Shown here piece after piece: positions 25,050-36,752 of a stretch of 64,000 nucleotides of DNA. The first letter of the stretch is position 1; the number at the start of each line of letters is the position of its first letter. The position numbers were made by a program, and so were the translations under genes. A model generated the notes under the pieces. That model did no database searches. It was given only the letters and a program-made list of their open reading frames with translations, and had not been told where the DNA came from. The stretch comes from Octopus bimaculoides (lineage: Eukaryota): contig NC_068994.1 of the NCBI RefSeq assembly GCF_001194135.2, positions 28,770,028-28,834,027 of the forward strand. Direction: 5' to 3'.

Positions 25050-26900
25050 AAAGCGGACGTTAAACGATGATGATGATGATATATATATGTATGTATATAT
25101 AATATAGTCATAGAAGGTGTAGAAATGGCGTACTCTGAATGAATAAGGTAATGTAATCTTATGACAGAAAGAATTCCGCGAATTAAGTACTCCAAAGCTA
25201 GTTGGAAGGATGGGGGTTCTGTGTGAGCATAGGTGGTATATATAATGTGGGTAGAATAAGGTGTTTATAGCTAGGGGGTCTTTTATTGTAGGTCTATAGT
25301 CATGAGTTTATGAAAAATACTCAAGTAAGATTTTTTTATATCTTTTATCTTTTATTTGTTTCAGCCATTATACTGTGGCCATGCTGGGGCACTGCCTTGA
25401 AGAATTTTTTTTTAGTCAAATGAATCGGCTTATTTTTTCCTTTTAAAGCCTGGTACTTATTCTTTCAGTCTCTATTATAGTTATCTATATTGTATTTGTA
25501 AATTCAAATTATAAGCACAAGCATGGTTATGTGGTTAAGAATCTCACATTGCAACCAGATGGTTGTGGGTTCAATACCACTGCACCGCACCTTGGCCAAA
25601 TATCTTTTACTATAACCCCAGGTCAGCAAATGCCTTGCGAGTAAATTTAGTTGATGGAAACTGTGGAAACCTGTCGTGTGTGCATATATGTATATGTGTA
25701 TGTTCTTGTGCTTGTGTTCCTACTACATGACAACTGGTGTTGGTTTGTTTACATCCCCATAACTTAGCAATTAGGCAAAAGAGACTGACAAAATAAGTGC
25801 CAAACCTAAAAATGAGTACTGGTGTCGATTTGCTTAACTAAAACCCTTCGAGGCAGTGCCCCTACATGGTCATAGTCCAATGACTGAAACAAGTAAAACA
25901 TAGCAGTTATATAAATGGGACAACACTGTTACTGCATATAAATATCACAGATTACATTTCAAAATAGCCATTCAGCCATTCAATCAGCAAAGACTTGTGA
26001 TATTGGTAAACTGGGAGCTGGATTATTTGGTCTGGTTGTGTTATATATATATGTAAACAATCAATATCACATAATTATTGTATGTGCATTGTTAAACATT
26101 GTGAAATTGCAGTGCTTCATCCAGGGAGGACTCCTTTAAAGATGTTGTTTAAAAACACAGCATACCTCAAAGAATCTTTCTCACTTCTGGGGCAATTTTA
26201 TGTTTCACCTAGCTTTGAGATATTCTGATTTTTATACATAGTACATCCTTAAAGGGTTCTCTCCTGGATGAAGTTTCACAGCATCTAATAATACACTACA
26301 CATTAAGTGTGTGATATTGATAATGTTTACATTATTAAGCTACTTCAAACACAAAATATATAAATATATCTATATGTGCATGCACACACACAGACTCTGA
26401 GACTTTGAGACCAGGTCACTATGAGGGCTCTTAATATTTTGAGGCTCCTGTGAGAGGTCATTTGAGTTTGCAAGCTCACTACAATAGATATTCTGAGATG
26501 GTGAGTTACTATGTGGGGTAGGGGAGGGGAGGAGTTTGAAATTGAGACTCATTTGAGATTGTAATATTGTGAATGGGGGGAAGGGTAGTGTGAGTCTGCT
26601 TCCTTGACATGTCTAGTGATTTTGTCCTTGTACTTTTGAAGAACAATTTATATGAAAATGCACTGACTAATCAACCCTGATTTAGTCCTTTATCAAAAGA
26701 AAGTTTAAATTTAATTAAAAACTGTTATATTCAGATTGTAAGCCTAATAGTGATTTGAGAACTCCTTTGTTTTATCCAAAGTGTACCTACATTATGTTTT
26801 AAATATAAAATAGATAAATTTTTTTTGTTATTGACAATCACAAATGAACAGTTTATGTAACTGACCTGTTTTTTTTCTTTTTCTTTTTTCTGTTTTCTAG

Positions 26901-27067
26901 TTCTTCATGGAAAGGTTTCCAAGACAGTTCATTGGAGAATCTCTTCTACTGAAAGTGCCCAGATAAATTCAACATTGCCATTCTTGACAACAACATAACT
27001 GACACCACTACTGCTTCTACTGTCTCATCTTTCACAAACCATTATACATAAACTTCAGGAAAATAAA
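26901..27067 (+). other. Candidate spliced exon, possibly the terminal exon of an upstream gene or a 5' UTR exon
   Basis: Branch-like ctgac, long polypyrimidine tract and ttttctag ending at 26900. One frame is open to TAA at 26996-26998, and AATAAA lies at 27062-27067. No upstream partner exon was found in the window. Confidence 0.35.
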
Positions 27068-27304
27068 AAGGAAATTGCCACCATAAATATTTTCATAAAC
27101 TGAACCAATAATCATAAGTTTTTAGAAGGAAAACAAGGCAAAAATACACACTGCTGTCTGTGTAATTGACTACGAAAAACCAATCTAATGTTGGAAATAG
27201 TTATTGTCAGTGGAGATCAGTATTAATGTGTGTCTGTAGATATATAAATATATAGATGTAAAAAGACACAGGTACACACACACACACACACTCACATAAA
27301 TAGC

Positions 27305-27336
27305 TAGCTAGATAGATAGATAAATAGCTAGATAAG

Positions 27337-27391
<55 letters not shown>

Positions 27392-27428
27392 GTAGGTAGA
27401 TAGATAGGTAGGTAGATAGATAGGTAGG

Positions 27429-27478
<50 letters not shown>
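27305..27478. repeat. (GATA)n satellite with three 16-bp TAGGTAGGTAGATAGA higher-order units
   Basis: Direct reading; higher-order units at 27389-27436. Confidence 0.93.
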
Positions 27479-29897
27479 TTGTTGGAAGTTAAGTTGGTAA
27501 ATAACTAGAGACAGTTACATAGACAAATAATGTATCAATATAATATATAGATATCATTGACACTAATATATCTAGAAATTAGTAGTTAGAAAGATAGATG
27601 AATAAACAGGTTAACAGATAGATTTAGGTTGAAAGATTTAAGCTGATAAAATATATATTTATCAACATCAACAGATGTCTTGGGATGAAGGCTGATAGAT
27701 ATAAAACTGTGACTGTAAATATATAGTCTGCTGTTTAACTGATATTACTATAATGCATACTCACAGCTTATTATGAGAGAAGGGAGAAAAGAGAACAATA
27801 TATAAAAAAAAATTGATATTTTATTAAAAGTGTTAAGTCAAATTCATGAGTGCATGACTGCATGCATGGTGCAAGGTTTTTATCATTTTACAAGGACATT
27901 TTGGCTGCAATGTACCTGTTAATTGCAGGATAAGGTCAACAGCAGCAGACATCATACTTTAAACTCAATGAACTGCAGTTCTGGAATATCTCATATGTAA
28001 CTAATCTAAACTCCATTTAAGCAAGTAATAGCGTTAGATGTAGCAGCAGCAGTAGTAGTAGTATAGCCAAAACTAGATATTTTATAGAACACAACTGGAA
28101 GGTATTTGTGAGTTGAATCCATAATTAGTTAGTGATTGTTTCATTTCACTTCTATTTGGTTGCTAATGCCTTTCATAGAATTAACATTGCACTGTTTCAT
28201 TCCCTGATCTCTGTAAATCTGAGGTATGTGAATAATTAAGAAGTTATTGTTTTTGTTATTATTTATAGTAGTGTTGTGGTTGATGGCATAGCACAGCAAT
28301 GAATACTTGTTTTCTGACTTTGCCTACTTTACTAAAGCCCTTAAAAAAGTTATGAACAACACAATATCACCTTCCATATTCTCTTCTCTACATGATTAAG
28401 AGATCGTGTTTAATTAAGAAAATTCTTTCATCATTAGATCGCCATCATCATCATCATTATTATTATTATTCTTATTCTTTAAGAATTTGTGTAAATGTGT
28501 GAATTTGCAGAAGCTGTCAACCCATGGCTATAGTGTGGAGAAGATAAATGTAAAAACAGGAATATATAAATGGAAATAAAACATTACAGTTGTTAACCGT
28601 AGGGTCAATAAAATTGCAAAATAAACACCCTACTGTCATTGTTGTTACCATCATCATCATCATCAACAATAACATCATCATCATCAATCAGAACTGGCTT
28701 AGCTATTTTTTTACAGTCATTTGATGTAAACCTGTTGCACTCAAACTCACTAACTCCCCGTCTTTTTACCTCACAAGTAATCTCACTCATACTCAGATGC
28801 AAAAGTCACACGGGTAACTGTGTGACTTTCACATGCTCATTCATATAGACTGTTCCATAGAACATTTTCAATGTAAAGACATACTCATGCTGCACAATCT
28901 CCTGCTCATACACATTTGAAGAAAACACAGACAGACTCTCTCTTACACTACAGACTCAATGATATAAACGCCAGTCTCTGAAAAGAAGATTTCGTTACAT
29001 TTAACCCTGATTACCCACATTCTTCAGTCTATGAGGACATGAAAAGCTACAAGTACTTCCCTACTTGTTTTAGACTAACTAACAGTTAAAGAAAAAAAAA
29101 AAGATAGTAAAAAGAAACAGCTACCCATAGTTTCAGTTTGGAAAAAATTATTTCACAAATTATTTCTGTAAATATCGATACTTCATAGACATATATATGT
29201 AATCAACATGGATATATCCACTTGATTGTGTTGGGAATTACAAGTCAGTTGATATTTAGTAATTGATGAAAGGTGGTGGCTCTTCTCATGTTTGCATTGC
29301 ATAGACGTTGGAGGCCAGTCTCATCATTTATATCATCTATTAAAAATAATCTGTCATAACTTCTACAATCCTTAATTATTTTTAAATATTAATTTGATAT
29401 TTATTGTGTTAAGTTAAAGGAGTGGGGGCAGGCAGGTCACATCGAACTCATCTTTTTCAATTTGCTATCTCATTCATATCATAGACATCAGAAAACATAA
29501 ATACACACACACACACACCCATGCAGAGAAATTGAGAGAGAGAGAGAGAGAGAGAGAATGGGAAGTTAACAGAAAAATAAGTAATGAAACCAATATTTAT
29601 GAGCCCAAATGATTTATTCATGAAGAAGGGCATGATTTTTCTAGTTTCTGTTGTATTAAAAAGCTCTTTTTGATCTATTCCTGGATAGAAGGCTAGTCTG
29701 TTGCTGGCTAATTTCACTGCTATCACCATCAGCAGACTCTTTAAGTGGTGCCTGTTTTATCCATTCTACTGAAAAAGTTTGACAAAATACAAACCAAAAA
29801 AAAAATAATAAAAGGGCATGATGAAGTAAATAGTTTAGGTGGATATAGCTTAATTATGTTAGATGTAAATGAGGTGTTTTTGATATTGACCTAATAT

Positions 29898-30029
29898 CAC
29901 TTCCTGCATTCATAGACCAGCTGCACTAAGCACCCACTTTAAAAAGTATATGTGCAAAATATATAACAAGGGGAGATCTGCAGAAGATAGTGAATTGGTT
30001 CCAGTATTTAAGTTATTCTCTTCAGCCTG
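29898..30029 (+). promoter_or_regulatory. Putative promoter and non-coding first exon of the zinc-finger gene
   Basis: ETS-like CACTTCCTG at 29898-29906, TATATAA at 29960-29966, donor ctg|GTGAGT at 30030, and a pyrimidine-rich acceptor ending ttcag at 30423, 15 nt before the ATG. Confidence 0.4.
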
Positions 30030-30311
30030 GTGAGTTTTTTTTTTCATTCCAACAATGGACTGCAAGAGACTTCTGCTGCATCAAGACAACAATAAATCAA
30101 TGTTATAGAATTTGGATGTTAACTCTTTACAAGATTGCTCTTCACAATTTGCTTTGGTTTTTGATTTTTTATATGCCTATTTTTGGAGCATATACATACA
30201 TCAGTACACTTTTTACACTGACAACTATTTGTAATATACCTTAAATGAATTTAAATACAGATATTTATATACAGCTATAAGTATATGTTTATATGTATAT
30301 ATATACACATT

Positions 30312-30344
<33 letters not shown>

Positions 30345-30438
30345 ATTTTCAAAATTCCATTCTAACCCTCCAAAACAAATTTTTCATTATCTCCCTTCTC
30401 TTTCTTGACCAATCTACATTCAGTGCAAACTGATCATA

Positions 30439-31893
30439 ATGGAAAAATCTTTCACATGTGAAATTTGTCAAAAGACATTCACCCGTCGATCAAACTTGAC
30501 CCGACATGTCTCAAACTGTCACAGAGACAGAGAAGTAGTAGAAAAATCAGAGAACAATGTCAGCATGGAAGAAACCAACGACGTCAGCTTGAGCAACAGC
30601 CCAATGGGTGTATTTTCCTGTAACATATGCCTACAAGGCTTTACCTTGAACTCTCAACTTCAAGCTCATGCTCGGGAACATGAGGCAGAAAGTGGTGTCA
30701 GTAGTGAGAACATAAATTCAGTTGCTAATACTGATACAAAAAGTGACGAAGTCAGTTCTAGTGTCGAGAGTCTTGGAATGGTGAACCCTTCTATTAGCCC
30801 AATTATTACTACTGATAACAATAATTTGAATAATGGTCCTGATGTTGCTTCTTCAGAAGTTGTTGTCACCACAGATGTGTTAAATCATGATGTCACTTCT
30901 CCAGTTATGGTTGTCAATGGTGTTGTACGTGGTGATACTACTGTTACTCCCAGTCTAATCAACGAAACTATAAATACCACCACCACCTCCACCACTGTCT
31001 CAGCTATATCTCCCTCACCATCTCTTTTGGTTCGTCACTCAAGTCCTTACTCCTGCTCTATTTGTCAACGAGGCTTCTCCCAGCGATCACATCTTGACGC
31101 ACATGTTCGCATACACTCGGGAGAGCGGCCCTACCAGTGTAACCAGTGCGGGGCAGCCTTCTCTCGAAGAGGTAACTTGGTGCGTCATCGGCTGTCTCAT
31201 GGAGGTGAACGAAAACACAAGTGTACTGTGTGTGGACGGAGATTCTCGCAAAAGTCACATCTTCAAGTCCATTTACGGATACACACTGGTGAACGACCTT
31301 ACAAGTGTGACCGTTGTGGTTATGCCTTTTCTCGCAATGGTAATCTCGTCCGGCATCGACGAGCCAACAGCAGCGGCAAGCGTAAATACAGTTGTGTGCC
31401 TCCCACATTGCTGTCAACATCAAGTGGACAACAGTCAACATCAAGCACATCTTCATCGCAAGCTGCTCTCATATCTATGTGCCAAAATAATTTGGCACAG
31501 ACACAAATACAAACTAAAAATGTGGTGAGTGGTTCAAGTCAGAAGGGAGTGAAGACCCATGTTGGTAACAGTGCTGAAGGCAAGAATGCAGCAGCCTTAC
31601 ATCAGCAACAATTACTGCAAACCACTTCCAATACAACTACCACCACTGCAGTGGTAGCAACAGCACCAACTGCTGCAAGCACCAATGTGGTTCAATTAGC
31701 AAATGTCCCCTATCAAATAATGACAGCTCTCCCAAGTCCCCTAAATGCCATTCAGCCAGTGACTAGTTACCACTCCCTGGCTAATGTCCCCCATCAGCTA
31801 GTCACTGTTCCACAACCAATTAGTGTCCACCAACTGGCCAGTCTAGGTAATATTGCCAGCATCCCTCTTCACATTGATGTACCAACAACATAA
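30439..31893 (+). CDS. C2H2 zinc-finger transcription factor: two dispersed N-terminal fingers, a four-finger array, Ser/Thr/Gln-rich C-terminus; 484 aa
   Basis: Uninterrupted ORF with CX2CX12HX3-4H fingers at aa 5-28 and 59-81, plus four fingers joined by SGERP/GGERK/TGERP linkers; the last finger has N in place of the second His. A splice acceptor lies just upstream. No orthologue recognised; C2H2 genes are known to be expanded in octopus. Confidence 0.95.
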   Translation: MEKSFTCEICQKTFTRRSNLTRHVSNCHRDREVVEKSENNVSMEETNDVSLSNSPMGVFSCNICLQGFTLNSQLQAHAREHEAESGVSSENINSVANTDTKSDEVSSSVESLGMVNPSISPIITTDNNNLNNGPDVASSEVVVTTDVLNHDVTSPVMVVNGVVRGDTTVTPSLINETINTTTTSTTVSAISPSPSLLVRHSSPYSCSICQRGFSQRSHLDAHVRIHSGERPYQCNQCGAAFSRRGNLVRHRLSHGGERKHKCTVCGRRFSQKSHLQVHLRIHTGERPYKCDRCGYAFSRNGNLVRHRRANSSGKRKYSCVPPTLLSTSSGQQSTSSTSSSQAALISMCQNNLAQTQIQTKNVVSGSSQKGVKTHVGNSAEGKNAAALHQQQLLQTTSNTTTTTAVVATAPTAASTNVVQLANVPYQIMTALPSPLNAIQPVTSYHSLANVPHQLVTVPQPISVHQLASLGNIASIPLHIDVPTT

Positions 31894-33309
31894 AACTGTG
31901 TTTAATGTAACATTGTGATGCTTGCAAGCATTCGGCATAAATATGCAAAAAAAAAAAGAAAGAAAGAAAACTCCTGGAAAAAATTAGACCTTTCAGGAAT
32001 CTGGCCCTGGAGAACAGAGTAGTTTTTCTTTTTCTTATTTTAAACACTGAAGAAACAAAGGTTAAACCAAACAGAAAAAGAGGGTGACATGGTAACAAAA
32101 GAAATAAATTGACAGACTGACTGCATAAAATGTATAAAGAAAAAGGGTTAGTGTGAGAGAATAAGGGATAGTAGGATGAAAGAAAATTAGAAAGTATATG
32201 AAAGGGTGTGGAAAAGCATTAGGATAAAAGAGAGCTAGAAGATTGAAAATGAAAGGGAATAGAGAAAGAGGTTGTCTGAGATAGAGGATAGTAAGAAAAG
32301 AAGTTTGTGTGTTTTAGGGAAAACAAATAAATAAGTGATTTTGTATATGTAGAATAATATGCATATGTGTGTGGGTGTGTATATTTTTTTTTACTTGTTT
32401 CAGTAATTTGATTGTGGCTATGTTGGAGCACCACCTTGAAGGGTTTTAGTCAAACAAAAATGACTTCACGACTTATTTTTAAAGCCTAGTACTTATTTTA
32501 TCAGTCTCTTTTGCTGAACTGCTAAGTTACAGGGACATAAACACACCAACACTGGTTGTCAAGTGGTGAAGGGGGGATAATCACACACACACACACACGT
32601 ATATATACATACAATAAGAGTCTTTTAGTTTCCATTTGCCAAATCCACTCACAAGGCTTTGGTTGACCCAAGGCTATAGTAGAAGGTATTTGCTCAAGGT
32701 GCCACGCTGTGGGATTGAACTTGGAACCATGTTGTTGGGAATATACATATATTTTCAGTTTCTCGCTTCCGTAGAAGCTTTCAGGAAATAAAGCATGAAT
32801 GGAGAAACTTAGGTGGTGGGTTCAGAAAAGTTAATCAGGAAGCATCAAATTACTTTCCCTTTTATTTCTTGTGTGCACACAAGTGTGTGTGTGTATGTGT
32901 GTATATATGTAAAACTTTGCATCCATTATTTGTTAGTGAGCAGAATAGTTTTTTCATGCAATTATTCATATATATATATATATATATATATTTCTCCAAA
33001 TGTTGTTTTTGTGGCTCAGTGCTCTTTTTACTGTTTACTACTTCACTGTGAAGCAACAGTTGGTGAAATCTGTTGTTAGAGGCACATTGAAGCAAACAGA
33101 GTTATGTTCCTTGCTCAAGAAAACAAGATGATTCTCATACTACAAATTGAAATCTTGTCTAACTGTTCTGTACTCTAACACTTAAATCTCAGAGAAATTG
33201 TGATGCATGATCGTATGATCTTTACTCTCTACTCTGAATTGTACATGAATATTCCACATTTGTTGATAACACTGAAATATGTGTGTGTGGGTATCTATCT
33301 GTCTATCTA

Positions 33310-33570
33310 GGGGTGCCATTGCATAATACCTAAGATCCCTCCTCTCAAAATATGGGACTAGACACTGTAGTAACTTGGGATTCAAGGGATCACATCTCTT
33401 CAATATCCTCCCAAACGAGCTGAGAGACCTATGTGGTGTGGATGTATATGTCTTCAAAACTAAACTGGATCTCCTACAATCAAAAATCCCAGATGAGCCA
33501 CCTTCACAGTAGGAAGTGTGAATGAGAGCAGCAGCATCAAATTCCCTCATTCATCAAATGCCAACTACTA
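33310..33570 (+). mobile_element. CR1 LINE 3'-end fragment
   Basis: Translates LGFKGSHLFNILPNELRDLCGVDVYVFKTKLDLLQSKIPDEP, a CR1-type C-terminus; similar to 6290-6480. Confidence 0.75.
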
Positions 33571-34575
33571 AAGGAGGATTAATGATGATGCAGTAATGCC
33601 AGTTGGCAGAGCCCCAGCATGGCCCAGCCATTGAGCTGAAACTAGTAAAGAGTAAAGGATATATATATGCACACACTTTTTCTAACTTAGAGGATGTAAA
33701 ACTGCTGTGTCTCTTTAATTTCTCTCATGTCTGAAATGTTAGATTTTCCACTCGCCATGGCAAGTTTACTGTATTCTATCAATTTTACAAAATACTACAA
33801 GTCTTGCCAATGCAGGAGTATGATGGTATATACCTGTGTGTACAAAAAATTTGAATACTGGAATAAATTTTAAGTAGTTAGGAGAAAGAAAAGTGGTTTG
33901 GCAAAACTAGTAAAAATTTCATTTCTGTTCAATTTATGATTTTGTTCAAAACCTTTGACTACTCTTCTCAACAATAAATTTTTACTGTTGTTTGAATTAT
34001 TTGTATTACTCTTTGCTGACAGTACTGCACTAATTTTTTGAGATTCTGTTTTCTAACATATATATACAAGTTTACATCACTATGTGTATATGATGAAAAA
34101 ATGTTAAAATTTGATGATATATATTAATATATATACTTCTATGGTATTATATTTATAATACATATGATACTACAAGTGTCATATTACATACACATGTATA
34201 TATTAACAGTCTCATTTGATTGAGGGTTTCTTTTCAACTCACTGTATAACGTATGTGAAACCTGACCATATACATGTGTCTGTTGCCTAGAGATGTCATC
34301 AAGTATATTTCCTCAAACTTTACATATGTATACATCAGTTAATAAAAGTCTCTCACTGATTGCTTTATAAAATATTTTACAACAGTAAAATCCAGTTTCG
34401 GGCCAAATTTCCTTGTGTTTGGAAATTTATGACAAGAAACAATCAATATGTGGGTATAAAAATCATCATAATGGCAAAATTTTGAGTTTTTTTTTTTTTT
34501 TGACAGAAATCAATTGTGAATGATGTATTTTTATTTTTACTTATGTAAAAAAAATAACAAAAACAATGCTTGCTT

Positions 34576-34610
<35 letters not shown>

Positions 34611-35601
34611 TTACACACACACTCATACTCACATGTGCACAGACACATACATAAATTGGTCAGTTGCACATAGATGGCTGATGAAATGGTCTGGTTATAT
34701 GGTTAAGATAATGTAATACATCATTGAACAAATAAAAAAAACCATTCTATGGAAACAACAGTAATACAGCGTGAACAATGTCTCTATTCCCGTTCTTTTA
34801 TTTTATATATGTGTGTGTGTGTGTGAGAGAGAGAGTTAAAAGCTTCTTTATTGGTAGAGAATTGATGTGAGGTAAAATAAACAAGTTAAGTTAGAAAATA
34901 TGTAAATGAATGTGAAATAATATTTACAAAGGTAGAAATCAGAGTAGTGGTGGCAGCAGTGAAATCTATTTCATTCAATTCAGTAAACTTTCTTTATCAC
35001 AAGAAACATAAAATGTGCTATAAAACAGCTCATCCAATCAGTTATGCCACATTTTCAAGACCTTTGCTTTTATGAACATCCAATTTGTACATGCCATAGA
35101 AAATATGAAATTTATACATTGCACATATGAAACATGAAATATGTACATTACAAATACAAAACTATTTCCATGTAATCACCATTGAAATTAACTTTTTTTT
35201 AAAAAATATTTAAGAAGACTTTTAAAAACTCTTTTTTCACTATCTTTGTAAAATTTCATGAATTTGTAACCATTGGCCATTTACAGTTTTGCAATGTTTG
35301 TGTCAGTGTCTATCTGCTGATATAATAATACATACACACACACATATATACACACATGTATTATATATGCCTTGTAGAGTAGAGAGTCTTTGGTAAGACA
35401 AACTTGTGAGAAGTTTACACTCCTGGTTCATGTAATTTCACCTCAATGACGTCACTAAATGCCCTAAAAAATGTATGAGTATTACAACACTCAATAAAAT
35501 TATATGTATGAAGTACATATATATAAATATATACATACATACACACACATAAATAACAATGTTTTAATTGAACTTTATTACATTTCAATGTATTTTTATC
35601 A

Positions 35602-35658
<57 letters not shown>

Positions 35659-36059
35659 TTCACACATGTATAGGTGCATAAACATCTTATTTGCTTCTGT
35701 TACGTAGGCATACAATCTGCATTTAATTTTTGACTAGAGTTTATTTGCAATATTTAAATGAGATATGTACTAAAAACAACAAAAAATTACACCAGCATTC
35801 ACATTGAGTACAAATCAGACACACACACACATACATACATACATACATACATACATGCATACATGCATACATACATACATGCATGCATACATACATACAT
35901 ACGTACATACATAGTAATCCCTTGCCATATTGCAGTACACCTATCATGGTTTATTATTTAAACTTACATCGATTCTTCCATGGTACTGTGTAGCATTTAT
36001 GATTAACTGTATACAAATTATAAAAATTATTAACAAAATATACAGTACAGTGCTGTTTT

Positions 36060-36264
36060 TACTTCGTGGATTTTCACCTACCACAGGGGGGTTTCGGAAT
36101 GTAGCACCCGTAATTGTTGAGGGATTACTGCATATATCATCATCATCATCATCATCGTTTAACGTCCGCTGATGATGATGATGATGATATATGCAGTAAT
36201 CCCTCAACAATTACGGGTGCTACATTCCGAAACCCCCCTGTGGTAGGTGAAAATCCACGAAGTA
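36060..36264. repeat. Perfect 95-bp inverted repeat with 15-nt loop
   Basis: 36060-36154 is the exact reverse complement of 36170-36264 (checked base by base); loop tcgtttaacgtccgc. Confidence 0.97.
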
Positions 36265-36480
36265 TATATATATATATATATATAAATACTTACATATGTA
36301 TGTATATATATATGTGTATATATATATATATATATGTGTGTGCGTGTTTGTATATATATATATATATATATATATAAATATATACTTACATATATATGTA
36401 TGCATATATATTTATGTGTATGTATATATATGTATACATATATGTGTATGTTCGTACATGTATATGTGTGTGTGTGTGTG

Positions 36481-36752
36481 GAGGCGCAATGGCCCAGTGG
36501 TTAGGGCAGCAGAATCATGGTCGTAAGATCGTAGTTTCGATTCCCAGACCGAGCATTGTGAATGTTTATTGAGCGAAAACATCTAAAGTCCCATGAGGCT
36601 CCGGCAGGGGATGGTGGTGAATCCTGCTCACAACGTTAAGGGTACACATGTCTGTGGAGTGCTCAGTTACTTGCACATTAATTTCACGAGCAGGCTGTTC
36701 CGTTGATCGGAACAACTGAAACCCTCATTGTCGTAACTGACAGAGTGCCAAC
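36481..36752 (+). mobile_element. tRNA-derived SINE family C
   Basis: A-box tggcccagtgg and B-box-like gtttcgattcc, followed by a unique body. A related head lies at about 41325-41390. Confidence 0.7.

Noticed and set aside
26370-26552. 60-aa Ser/Pro-rich minus-strand ORF
   Set aside because: Closed by a stop shortly upstream, ends in a microsatellite, and has no recognisable motif.
30016-30035. 4-nt microexon (ttcag|CCTG|gtgagt)
   Set aside because: The pyrimidine tract is short, and a normal first exon ending at the same donor is simpler; unresolvable without RNA data.
30666-31528. Antisense and alternate-frame ORFs overlapping the zinc-finger CDS
   Set aside because: No motifs; expected shadows of a real coding region.
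36195-36240. Hammerhead in the 36060-36264 arms (ccgaaac present)
   Set aside because: No CUGANGA at the right spacing and no stem I or III.
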